A stretch of DNA of 64,000 nt from the NCBI GenBank assembly GCA_013239625.1, contig MU053934.1:4172399-4236398 (forward strand), written 5' to 3'. The DNA is from Lama guanicoe. Taxonomy: Eukaryota. A program made the translations under genes and the position numbers. The number at the start of each line of letters is the position of its first letter. Position 1 is the stretch's first letter. The notes beneath the pieces were generated by a model. The model saw only the letters and a program-made list of their open reading frames with translations, ran no database searches and had not been told where the DNA came from. Positions 43,616 through 56,300 of the stretch are shown piece after piece.

Positions 43616-45840
43616 AGTTTGTTCCAAGTTGACGGTGTTGTGTTCCCTGCCCGGCCCCTCCAGGTGGAGGTGCTGCCCTGGGGAACTCTTGCTCTGCCTG
43701 CCCTAGAGCCTCCAGCTGTGGGCTGGGCCGGGAGGAGCCAGCTTCTCCTGTCAGGCAGGCATGGCTTCAAAACCCAGGCTCCTCTGCCAGCTGTAACACA
43801 GGACAAGGTGCCAACCTCTGAACCTCAGTTTCCTCATCCACAGCAAGAGGTAGATGCCTACATCAGGTTGTTGTGAGGATCCACTGTGAAAATGTATGTG
43901 AGGCCCTGATGTGTCCGGCACATGGGAGGTACCTGGTGAATGGTCACCACACTGCTTATCACTGACACTGGCTCCCAACTCCATAGCAGAGGCTGCAACT
44001 CGGGGGACAGGCTCAAAAGGAGAAATGTGGCACTGACACGTCTCTGCTGTGTAGCTGGGCTGTGCCAGGCATTTCCTTCACTTCATGTTTTTTGATGCTC
44101 ACAGCTACCATCTGTGTGGCAGTTGGCAGTAGTTATGTTTTTCTAGTTAAGGAAACTGAAGCTCAGAGGAGCAGCGGAGTGCCCCCAGCCTCTAGCCATT
44201 CCCAGTCACCCTCTCCAGCGTGTCCTCTGGCTCTTCCTGGTTCCTTTGTCTACCGGTTCTTTCCCTCTTGCTTTCTGACTCTGGTTCTGCTTACAGGGCT
44301 GCTGCCCACCGGTGCCTTCATAGCAGGAGTTCCAGCGTTGAATAACACCCCTGCTCTCTGTCCCTGTGGTGGCTGCTGTGGAATTTGTGTTTCCACAGGA
44401 TTTGGCCTTGTGGGACCTTGGACCAGGCAGAACTGCATTTTGCCCCTGTGAGCATAACCACTTTCTTTACATTTGGAACCTGTGGCCTACACCCTGGCCC
44501 CCCCCTCAGACACTCAGGAGGTCAGTCTGGATCTCTGTGGTCACCAGGCCCACACCTGCTAGCCAGGGGGCTGACTACGGCATATTATTGTCATTAGCAG
44601 GGACTGCAAAGGTCTCATGTGGGTCTCAGCCCTATGAACTATCTATTTGGAATGAAACACCAGCCCTTTTATAGTTGACAAATAAAATTGTTAATCCAAT
44701 CATTTCAGATGGCAAATCCTGACCCTTCTGTAATGCAGCTAGCATCTGTGGCATCATTAATTCATCCAGGCCCACTGTTCTTGCTTATTGGCCTCCCTAG
44801 CATGGAATAAGGTAACAGGAATGGGCTGTGGTGCAGCGGGAAGCACAGGTTTGGTTGGGGTTACGTGGGATGGACCAGAGAAAGGATGGTGTGAGGATTG
44901 TGCCATGAGGGGCCCAGAAGATTTGAGCTTGTGCACATGGGCTCCAGAGGGCATGGGCAGAGACCCTGAGCCCTGATGGTATGTGGCAAGTTCCAGGGAC
45001 TCTTACTGGTGCTGTTCACAGGTGTCTCCTTTGTTGAAAAATGGTGCTAAAATGCACTGCAGGTGTTGAGTGTGAACTAGGAGGAGGTGAAGCGAGCAGC
45101 AGTTGCTTGTGGGGTGAGCCCTAGATTAGCTCTTTCCCGGTGCAGAAAGCTGAGGGCTTGAGTTACTGAATTTGTTACTCCACCCAGCACCCTCTCCTGT
45201 GGCAGATTATCCCCTAATTCCTCCCTACTGACCTGTTCCTGCCTTTATTTTCTCAGCTGTATGGGGCCCAGCCCTGGGCCAGGTGCCATGGTCAGGAGAG
45301 GCGCATTTCAGAGTCCAGTTGGGGAACCACCCCAAGCCCTTCGAGCTGCTCTTTGGAGGCACTGAATCTGGGAAGGTATTTGCAGGGAAGGGCCAGGACC
45401 TGCTCCCCTAAACTGGCAGGTTCTAGCTCTTCATCCCATCCCAACGAAGGTAGAAGGGACAAGTTAGTGTAACTCCCACAGAGGGGGTTTGCTACGCTGA
45501 TGGTGGACAGGCTCAGTGGTGACGTGGTAACTTTTTCTACCTTCTGCTCAAATGGCACTGAGAGGGAAGAGCTTTCTGCTTCATAATGGGACATCAGTGA
45601 TGGCTAATAAAGCCACCTCACTTCTTTCTCTTGCCGACCCTTGAGCCCAGAGTCATGGGGATAGGGCCTGCCTCAGATCCCATCTCAGCTGGGTTTTAGC
45701 TGAGAGGCTTTGCTCTCTAAAGTTTAGGAGTAAGTCTTTGGGGCATTGTTCTGGCTAAGAATTTATTCTCTTTTCCCCAAGAACAGAGTCCCTGTACAAC
45801 GGCCAGATAAAACCACACACTCCGTTAATCCTGGGCATAA

Positions 45841-45846
45841 TTTATT
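45841..45846 (-). terminator. SUN2: SUN2 polyadenylation signal (AATAAA on minus strand)
   Basis: TTTATT on +, followed on the minus strand by GT-rich GTGTGTGGTTTT. A second AATAAA(-) lies at 45762-45767. Confidence 0.75.
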
Positions 45847-47399
45847 TTTTGCATAGGCATAAATTAGAATCTGGAGATTTAAAAAATTAACCAACAGTGC
45901 AGCATTTGTGACAGGAGAGCGCAAAACCTGGTTGTCTGGGGGCAGAGGCCAGTGCTGGAGGACCACAGGGTGGCTGGGGAGCCTTGCCTTCATTCCAGCT
46001 CCATCCTCCAGGAAGCCATTCGGGGCACCCACCTGCACAGCAGCCCTTCCTGCCCCCTCCCCACAGGCCAGAATGACCCAGAGTTGGAACCAGTGTCCCA
46101 AGCCCCTCTTGGCAGCCAGGTTACAAGGAACTGAAATCACCCACTGCCCCACAGAACGGGGCTAGGAATCAAGCCCTTAGCTTTTCAGTTAAAAAAACAG
46201 ACCTTGAAAAATATATACATAATACATCAGGGACTGCTGGGTCCAAAAGCCCACATGTCAGCCCCCACCCTCTTCACCCAGCCCCCCACCCCTGACTGCC
46301 TACCCCCCATAGAAAATGAGTCTGAAAGGAAACAGAATTGAGCAAGAGCTGAGAAAGCCCCAACAGGGTGGCTGAGGGTTAGGGGCCTCTTACATCAGGG
46401 GCCTGATGAGGGTTAGGGTAGAGCCAACAATGCAGAGTCCAGGGAGTCCCCTGCTCCCTACACTTTTAGCTGGCCCCAGATGGCCGTGGCCTCAAAGAAT
46501 GAGGGCTCCCCGCACCCTGGGGGAATGTGGCAATCTTGCTCTGGGACACGGGCAGGCCCTAGCAGGAATGGGGAGCAGAGTGCCCCAGTCCTAGCATCAG
46601 AGAGAAAGCAAGTACTGTCCCAGCAGAAGGGAATCCTATAGGGCTGGCTCCAGCCTCAGCCACACAGGCAGCAACCCTCAGAAGCTCACAGGAGCCAGAC
46701 CTTCTAGGGTACAAGAAGCGCCATGGCTCACCTTGACCCAGGACAAATACAGTGTATAGAAGCCCTTCAGGAAACCCATGGACTAAGCTCCCCTAGGTTG
46801 CTGGCGCTAGCTTTTTGGGGGAGCCCAGCTGCCCTCTCCCAGGAGCTTCCTGCCAGGGTACCAGTCCCAACCTGCACCCTGAGCACCCTCCTCCCAGAGG
46901 GCCTCACTTCCCTGCCTAGGGAGGGGGCGCAGCTCAGCTGCCCCAGGCTGCAGCCTGGTACTGATGGCTTTGGCACCTGCTTCGTTTACAACAGCAGCTC
47001 TCTGGATGCTGGCCCTCCCCTCGGGCAAGGGGCAAGCAGGTCTCACCCATTTCTGCTGGAACATGTGCACTCATTGTCTCTCCCTGCCTCCATTCCCCGT
47101 GACTTGCTACATATATACACCCTCCCAGGAGTAGTGGCCGGTGCCTGGCACGCAGAGAGCAAAGAACGAAGAGAGACACCGGAGCCTGCTGTCCCCACCG
47201 AGCTGCCCGCCAGTCAAGAAAAGCCTGCGTGTTCTCTCTCGTCTCCACTGGGCCAAGGGCTCTTCTTTCTTGCTCCTGGAAGTCAGTGTGCTTCAAGCGT
47301 GTGGGGGAAGTGGCAGGGGTGCTGCTCACCTACCCCCAGAGAAGGGGGCACGTGCTGAGAGGCGCTGGCCTCCCAGCTGGCCGGCAGCGCAGAGAAGGC

Positions 47400-50300
47400 T
47401 TAGTGGGCGGGTTCCCCGTGCACCCTGAAGCGGTAGATGCAGGTGTACTCGGGGTGGCCCCAGTTAGTCAGGATCCGCAGCTCCACCACCTGGTACGTGG
47501 CCATTTGAGGGTCCTGGGTAGAGAAGGCAGGGGTAAGAGTCCTCAGGCCTCACCGACAGACAGCAGACCAGAGGGGAGACAGCCACACCTAGGCCAGACG
47601 CACCTCCCGCCCAGGCCGCTGCAGAGAACCAGGCTTCAGACCCTGGAGCAGTTTTCAGCTGATGGGCCGAGGGGCCCCAGAGGCTTCAGGGGCCACCAAC
47701 CCATGGTAGGCTGCACTCAAGGCCGGCTCATGGCCACATGAAGATGGCCTTGTAGCTGAGCACCAGCATGATTCATCCCAAACTGGGCTAAATTCACAGG
47801 AGCTCATTATTCACAATGAACAGAACTAACTTCATGGAGGGTTTGATAATATTGATGCTGAAGAAGAATTCCTTTACTCTGAATTAAGCAGAATTATTTT
47901 CTCAAGTTCCCACCAGGCCTCTGTCTCCTCTGCTCATTTTCAGCTGAGGGCTGAAATGCCTTGGCCTGGTTGCCAGGCCTGCCTCTCTTCCTGCCTCTGT
48001 CCCTTTTCCACCTTACCCAGTTCTTCACACTAGGACTTGCCTGGGTGGCGCTCAGGCCACCTGCCACAGACTCACCTGAGCTGGAGACTGGGAATCTGTG
48101 TTTCTAACAAGGGCCTAGGAGACTGATGCCCACTCAGGTTGAGGCAAGAGGCCCCTCTCAGTGCCCCAGCCACACTGTGCTGCCTGAGGCCCAGCCGGGC
48201 ATGCTCCTCAGACACCTGCCCTTCCCAGGCAGCCTTCCCCAACACCCCCATCTGGAAGGGGCCCCTCCCCTGCACTGATGTCTACTTGGGGCACCTCTCC
48301 CTCGCCACTTGGACAGCTATCTGTTCCTTACCTTGAGCTGTGGGAAAGCAGGGCTTCTCAGAACCCCCAGTGCCCGGGCTAAGGTAAGTACTCAAAACGT
48401 TTGCTGAGTGGATGGGAAAATAAATATGCCCCCTCTGCTAGTAAAATGGAATCCCATACCTGAAAATAAAATGTCTGAATGGGCTCCCCATCCTGGTCAT
48501 AGGTGAACTGGCCAAGGAGCATCCCCTCCTGCTGCAGGTCTTCATCGAACCCCTGAAGAGAGAGTGAAGAAGGGAGGGAAGATCCTGCTCTTAAACGCGG
48601 GCCTTGGCCACCAGGGAGGAAGACCCTACCTCCCGATTCCCCCCTGGCCCCCTCCTAGCCGGCAGGGCAGGTACCAGCCTCTGCGGGGACTGCAGGGGCC
48701 TGAGCTCTGGACATGGGGCTGTCCTGTGGTCTGTGACAAGTCACTTAATGCCTTAGGCCTCGGTTTCTTCCTCTGCAGCCTGAGGAAATGCCATTTCCCA
48801 CCTTGGCGCCATCTCTTCCGTATCTGCTCCCTTCCGCCCAACCAAAGAATGATCATAACTTTATCCTCAACAGAGACTCCCTGGGTCCTCCTGCAGCCCC
48901 TCTGGCCCCCCAGGTGGGATACTCACAAAGACAGCGAAGTCTTTGGGGGCACTGGAGATGGTGCTGTTGGGCGACAAGGACTTGGGTACATGCTCTAAGG
49001 TGACAGCAGTGGGGCGGATGCGGGCAGAAAGGCGAACCACAGCAAAGCCCTGGGGACCCTGGAAGGCCCAGCAGTTGCCTGGGTGCACATCTGGCTGGAG
49101 GGGAAGAAAGTTGGGTCAACACACAGCAGGTCACGAAGGCAGCCAGCCCTGAGCACAGCTCTCGCTGACCTGGGAAAGGACAGTCACCCAGGCAACTAGT
49201 GCTCAGGGCCACACTCCTGCTGTTGCCCTCACTGGGTGCCTACCTGGAGAATGACTCGGGGAGACTGGGAGTGGTACCACAGGGGGATACCAAAGAGGCT
49301 GAGGAGGGCTGTCTTGGTCTCGTAGGTCTCAGAACATCGGGTACTGATAACACTGGCCCCTGAGACAGGAAAGAAAGACAGGGTGGGCGCCTGCGTGGCG
49401 AGGGAGACCCCGACAACTGCTTGGCTCGCCAGCTCAGGGAACCCGAACAGGGACTGCTATTGCCCATCTCCTCTTTGAGAGCCAGTCCTCACACCTAACC
49501 CAGACCACAGAGCAGCTGTAAGCATCAACTCCTCCCCAGCCAGGGATGATGCTCAGTACATCCTGAATTCTTCCAAGTTTTCATCTGCCTTTGTTGCGAG
49601 TTCTGGGTTGGGCGATTTTTTCTGCTGATCTTAAGCCCTGCTTGCCTAGCACCACGGCTGCCCTGGCAGATGCAGGGGGCCTGCCAGTGTGGGGGAAGGG
49701 AGGACAGGTGTACACACCTCCTGATTCCAGAGCATAGTCCACCATCCCGATGCGGTCCTCGCTGTAGCGCTTCAGAGCTTGGTTTACAATGTGGTGCACC
49801 TGCTAAAATACAGGCACCCAGAGCAGTTGTAGTGGGACTCAGAGACTTGTCCACCCCTGTGTCCCCACTGTTAGGAGCCAGGAACCCATGGACTGAGCCC
49901 TCCTACGCCTGCACCATGCTGGTGTCCGGACAATCATGTCACTTACCTAGGCATATGTGCACCTTCCCAAACCAACCCCAAACCAATGTGTGTGTGTGGT
50001 GGGGGGACAGATTATCCATTGGGGGCGGTCCAGGGACATACAGTCCTCACCTCCTCTGTCACCCCAATCACGCCTTCCTTCTGCAGCGTCAGCCCCAGGC
50101 TGGCCACAGCCTCCCTCGCCGACTTGCCCTGCATCTCGGCCACGTGGGCGAGGACCTTGCTCTCCAGCTCCTGCAACTGAGCTTGCATCTCCTCTCGCTG
50201 AAGGAGCCCCGTACGGGTTCCCCCACCTCGGAGAAGGAACTGGCTGATCCAGGCAGGGAACTGAGACTCCACCTAGGCACCAAAAAAAGGTCTCACTCTG

Positions 50301-53300
50301 GGAGGCTCACAGGGACAGTGGAAGCTGCCACGGCACAGCCCTGGCCAGGCTGGGGTGGTGCTGGGCTTGGGTAGAGGGGACAGGGAACGCGCACCCTGCT
50401 GCAAGGGGAGAGCCCGTGCATGCCTGCTCGGGCCACAAGGATGCGAGTTATGAACAACCCTCCACGTAATCAATGAGAAAACAGGCAGAACTTCTGTCAA
50501 AGAAAGCCAGCAGCTATGCCAAGTCCAGAGTGGGGGCTTGTGGGACTAAGGCCACAGGGGCAAGAGGCTCTCTGCTGTGCAGACTCCCAGGACTGTGTCA
50601 GAGGAGGGGTGTTCAGCAGGGGACTTGGATGGTTCCAACTCACGTCGTCCCGCACAGCCTGGAGCTGCTGGGGCAGCAGGCCCACTTGGTTCTCCACCGA
50701 GCTCTGCTTCAGGGTCAGGGCTGCCAGCTCCTGCCGCAGGCCTGCCAGCTGGCTCTCCAGCCGCCCTAGCTCCTTCATAGCACTCTCCTGGAAGGACTCC
50801 TGGGTCATCCTACTCCCAAAGAGAGAAGAGTAAGCCTTGGATCTCCGGTAAGGGTAAGGCTATGCTGGGGAAACAAGAGGATCCCCTATTGGCACCTGAT
50901 ATAGGTGCTTGCCCACCACCCACTGGGGAGGGCAAGGCCTGCTCTTGGAAGTTCTGGCTGTAGAATGCAGCTCTGGTGCCTGTGACTTGGCTTGCCTGTC
51001 CCAAGGAGCGAATTCTTATCCCATTCCCTTTCTAAGCCCAGACCCACAATTCACTCTGCCTTAGCTCTCACACCCTCCACAAGTACAGACGTCTGGGGCG
51101 TGGGAAGACAGCCTGCACGAGGCTGTACAGAGAAGACAGTTATGCCCATCAGAGAACCCGTGAATCCCAATCCTGCAGTGCCTTAGCCCCTGCCCCACCT
51201 CCGCTGCATCTCAAGGACGGACTCTGAGCAGGGGGCCTGAGCTAGTTTTCGGCCACCTCCCTCTCTGCTTCAAGCACAGTCAGAACTCTGCTGTGGGGCT
51301 CTGCTCCCCAAGTCCTGTCAGGGGGTGGGGGTGGGAAGGAGCAGGCCTAGGCTAGATGGCAGTGCCTGTTACCTTTGCCACTCGGACTTCAGCTGCTGGA
51401 GTCGAGCCTCAGACTCCTATAAGCAGGAAGTAGGGACCAATACAGGAAACGTCAGGCTCACAGCAATCAGTCTCCCAGAGCAGGGACTGTTCCCTGTGGG
51501 GTCTTTGTTTAACCACATCCCCATCCCGGGCCTCCCGACTGTTCCAGCAAACATGACACTGACCTCCTGGGTGAGGTCCTTACAGGAGTCTCACCCTGCA
51601 TCTGTGGGCACTTAGGCACTCACCAGTTCACCCATTCACTCAGCACGTTACACGCAACACAACAGGCCGCTTGAAAGTAGCCCTTCCTGTTCTCAAGCGC
51701 ACTCCCAGGGCATCCCCGCAGAGCGTTCCAGCCCAGGTGGATTCAGTTTAAGCAGAAGTCAGGAGGCTACATGCTCTTCTCCTCATTCTGCATCTAATCA
51801 GGCCCTTCGGGACCCAGCTGTCTCTCTCAGCCCAAGAACAGATGATGAACTGATCAGGCCCCACTGTAGGCCCCAAGTGCCCACAAGCCGACCAACCTGG
51901 GAGGCCTGGACAATCTTCTTGAAGAGGTCCTCTGAGTCTTGTTGATGCTCTGCCCTCAGGGCGACCAGTTCTTCCTACCAGGCATAGGAGAGAGGCTGAG
52001 GATTTTACGAGTTGTGCTCAGAGAACTGCTTACAACCAGTAAGTGGTGTAACTAGAATTCGAACCAGGCCTGTTTGACTGCAAACTTCAGCTTGCAGCCT
52101 TTCTGCTGCAGTGCTTCTTGGAAACATGCAAGACTCCTCTTGATCTTTACCACACACCTACACGGTGTGCCACACCCACGTGGGCCTCGTGCCAGGTACC
52201 CTGCACCCTCGTGAACTCACAACCAGGGGCGGGCAGACAGGAGAGTCTCCATTTTAAAGAGGAAACTAAGGCTTAGAGAAGGTGAGTAACTGTCAAGGGG
52301 CAGAGCTGTCTGACCCCGAATGACACACTGCTGTCTCCCTTGTGTCAGGGTGGGCAGGGCCTCGCCTCCTCCACCCCACATAGCCAGGGTGTCGCCCAGC
52401 TCCTCTCTCCCACCTGGATCCGAGCAGCGGTGTCCCTGCGGAAGTCCTCCTTCAGGGCGGCCTCTCGGCGGCTCACCAGCCCCTCCAAAAGCGCCAGGGT
52501 GTCCTCATGGCTCAGGCCGCCGCTGCCTCCCTGGCCCCCTGCCCCTTGCCGCAGCTCCAAGCGTTCCAGCCGCAGGGCCTCCTTCTGCCAGCTGGAGGAA
52601 AACTCGGCAGCAAGATCTTCCAGGCGCCGCTCCAGAGAGTGTACCCGGGACAGAATGCGCTGCTCAGCCTGGCAGGGCGGGGAGGGAAGAGCCACAGAGG
52701 TGAGGGACTTATGACAACAGTGCTGCCTGAAGAGAATCCCAGAAACACCCAAATGAAATTATGAAAGTCTGTCAAATGTCGGTTAAAAGGCAGGAGCCTA
52801 CTGAATGCAGAGGTTGGGCTTAAGATATGTTCATTTTTTGACTTCCCCCATTTTACAAGATAAAGTAGTCCTGAAATTGAATTGCAGTTGATATCTTTAC
52901 TAATGCTCAAAAAAGGAAAAGTTAAAGATGATGACGTGTCATTGTTTTATAAAATAAAATTATGGTTGGGAAAGTAAAATCCACCAAAATAAATGGTTAA
53001 AAACGTGATACCACGTTAAATTCAGTGGAATGCAAGCAAAGTTCAAACACTTACAAGTAGGGAACACTGAGTTTTACACTTTTTTCTGGACCCCAGGACC
53101 TGCACACACACATTCTGGTTGTGTGCTCATCACCCTCCACCGGACCACGGGCACGGACTGGGCCTGACCCTGACCCATCTTTAGCCTCTGCAGGTTGCAA
53201 AAATGGCCACTCCCTGCGTCTGTGCCCTCTGCAATGCGGCCTCGCAGAGGTGGAGTTTTTCCTTGCCTGTGAATCTGGCCTGGCTCTGAGGTTTGCTTCA

Positions 53301-56300
53301 ACCAACAGAACGTGGCAGAAGCGACAGGGTGCTGGTTCTGAATCTGGGCCTCAATGTCTGGCCCAATTCTGCTTTCTTGAAACCCTGCCCCACCGCTGAG
53401 AACAAGCCCAGGCTAGCCTGCTGGACAGCCAAGGTGCATGGAGAAGATGGCCCACCTAGGCAAGGCCTAGGCCAGCCCGCACCTGCTGACCCACCAGTCA
53501 GCCGCAGACACACGAAGGGGTCCAGCCAAGATCAGCTGTCCTTGTTCAGACCACAAGAGCCACCCAGAGGACCTGCAGGCTCATGAGCTACTCCAATGCT
53601 GGTACTTTAAAGGCACTGATTTTGGGGGGTGGTGTATCTGGTGGTAACAGGTAACAGACCAGGACATTACCTGACTCATGAAAGGTGCTCAGTAAATCCC
53701 TGTGAAATTCTATTGAAAAGGAACAAAGTAGACAAGATGATTTGTCTGATTTTTTTTCCTTCTGTTTTCTGTGTTTAAGATGGCAAATAACTTTTGGACA
53801 GTTTTGAGTCATATTTAAGTGCAGACAAAACATACCCCCGACACCTGCATCCCAAACAGTAGAAAAAGGGGTATCCTGGGAGACGAGGCAGCACCTCTTC
53901 AGCTGTGTATAAGGAGTATGGGCAGGGACTGCAATGGTACCTACAGTCTGAGCGGCAGCCTGCGACCTAAGATGCTCACCTGGAAATGTGGGGACGAGTC
54001 TCTGGACCCCCACACCTCATGCTGCTCACTGCTGCCCTTCGCGGCCCACCAGGAAACCAGGGCGGGGTGGAACGTCTGCAGCCCGTAGGGGTAGAAGTGC
54101 CACGCTCCTGCAAATGGAGGAGAGGATGGTTACCCAGGCCCCGGGCCACAAGCAAGGAAGTGCACACAGGCAAGGACCACAGCCTAATCAGCAGTGCATC
54201 TGCAAGATGCTCTACATTGTTCCCACCTCTATCACTGAACTTCCACACTTTTTACATAGTTGTAATTATTGTTCATATGTGTTCAACTTTTGATTTGATA
54301 ATTTCATGTGAGTTTCACAATTTCATGAGTTGCCCCTATGCCCTCCAGGCTCAATTTTACCAATTTACAATTAAAGACCATGCTTTATTTTTTTTTTAAG
54401 AGTTGGTTTTATGGGTTTAGCATCTACTCAAGTTGTATTTCTTTAATTATACTAAGGTAGAACATTTTTCCAAGTGTGGATTTCCTTTCCGTTTCCTGTT
54501 ACAAGAACAGTGTGTTCATATCCAGTGGAAACTGGGCACTGTCCTTAAAATAATAATGATCCTTTATAATCTTATAGCGTTTTGTTCAGGAAGCATGTTC
54601 CCATGTGTTATTTCAGTTTGTTTCACCATCCCCTTGTGGGATTGGTGGAGCCAAGGTCGTGATGGTGTCACAAGGAGATGCACAGGGAAAATCTGAAAGG
54701 CACAGGAGTGGAGTGACCAGCTCAGGGAGAGCAGTAAGTGTGGGCCCGTCCAGAGGGTCTGACTCAAAGTCTGGTAGTCACATGCTTCCTGTTGCACCTG
54801 CTGGAGGCAGACAATGTAGAGCATCTTGTAGATGACAGGCATCTTAGTGCCAAAAGGGGCTCTTACTTCTTTTTACTACTTCATTGTCTTGCTCTTAAAC
54901 ATAGCTGAAGACTGAACTTGATGTAACAATTATTCATTCACCAAGACTACGTCCTGATTTGAAATGGAGGAAAATGACTACTAGTCATAACAGTGTCAGA
55001 GTCCCTGCTTTTTACCCTAATACGCCTGTACTAGGGCATGTTCCAGCCCTGCGGGCTCCAAGGATGCTTTAGACATGTCAGGCAGTCTGGCACAGCAGCC
55101 CAAACCAAGGACAAAATCAGTGGATCGGGGCACTTCCCCTTCCACCCACCGGACATCCTGAGAACGAGGCAGCATTGGCCAACGGAGGACTCAGGAGAGG
55201 CAGACAGGATGCTGCCCAGGCTGGATCCAACCCCCCTTACTCTGCCTCCTTCTTTTTTTGTAGGCAATCACTGTCCCTCAAGGTTTCACACTTCTGCTCT
55301 GCACCAGCCTCGGCCCACACTCTGTCCCGCCCCTCTAGCTCGCCAGCCCATCTCCACAAGCTCTCACCCAACCCCTTCCTGTGACAGCGGGCAAGCTCAC
55401 CATAGGTCAGGCCAGTCAGCAGCAGCAGCAACAAGAGGAACCACAGGAACGTCTTCAGGGATGAGAAACGCCTGGACCACAGGAGGGGAGAGAGAGGAGG
55501 TGGAGGTGTCAGGAGGGCGCCAGGGCCTCTCTGTGCCTCCAGGAGGTTCTTTGAGACTTTTTCCTGAGTGCTGAACTAGCCTAGGAGGGGATGCCCTCAA
55601 GCTTCTGTCTTGCCAGGGCCTGATTAGGTGCTTCAAGGCTTTACCTGAAGGGCTTGCTTGGAGTGATGGGGACAACTCTCACTCCGTGAATTTTATTGAT
55701 GGTATTAAAAATAAAAACTGAGGCCTTTGAATAACCTAAAACTTTCACGTATAAGAGGTCCTCTAAGCAAGCAAATATTTTAAAAAAACAAACAAAAAAA
55801 AAACCCATGGAACTCCTTAAACAAATAATGTTTTCTTTTAGAAAAATGAGGACCCTTTTTTGGTAACATGAATCCATCCTTGCCCCTCTTCTCAACATAG
55901 CTGGCTGCCCACTGCAACCACGATTATGGCCAGAGGGACCTTGACTTCCTGGCTGTTTTCTTTCCTCTGCCCAAGGGTCAGTCCCCAAATTCTGGTTCTG
56001 CCAGGTCAGGGACCTGGGGAGCAAACCCAAAGTATCCTCAGGCAAAACCTGTTCATGGTTTCTGTACACGATGTGCTGAACACCAGGAGTCTAGATCACC
56101 ATGGCCAACTGGGAAGCTGAACGTTCTGGGAAACACACTGACTGCCTAGAGCCTCAGGCCCGGCCAGCAGGAGGAGGGCCAGGCTCGTCTGAGACTCAGA
56201 AGTGGCTGGGCTGGCATTTAGCAGGAAGTGCTCAGGAAGAAATCAGAACCTGTGTTCCAGAATACTCCCTGCAGAGCTGTCAATTCAAGGAGCAAAACCT

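Noticed and set aside
55641..55700. Donor-like CAG|GTAAAG on the minus strand within a SUN2 intron
   Set aside because: I could not find a convincing matching acceptor.
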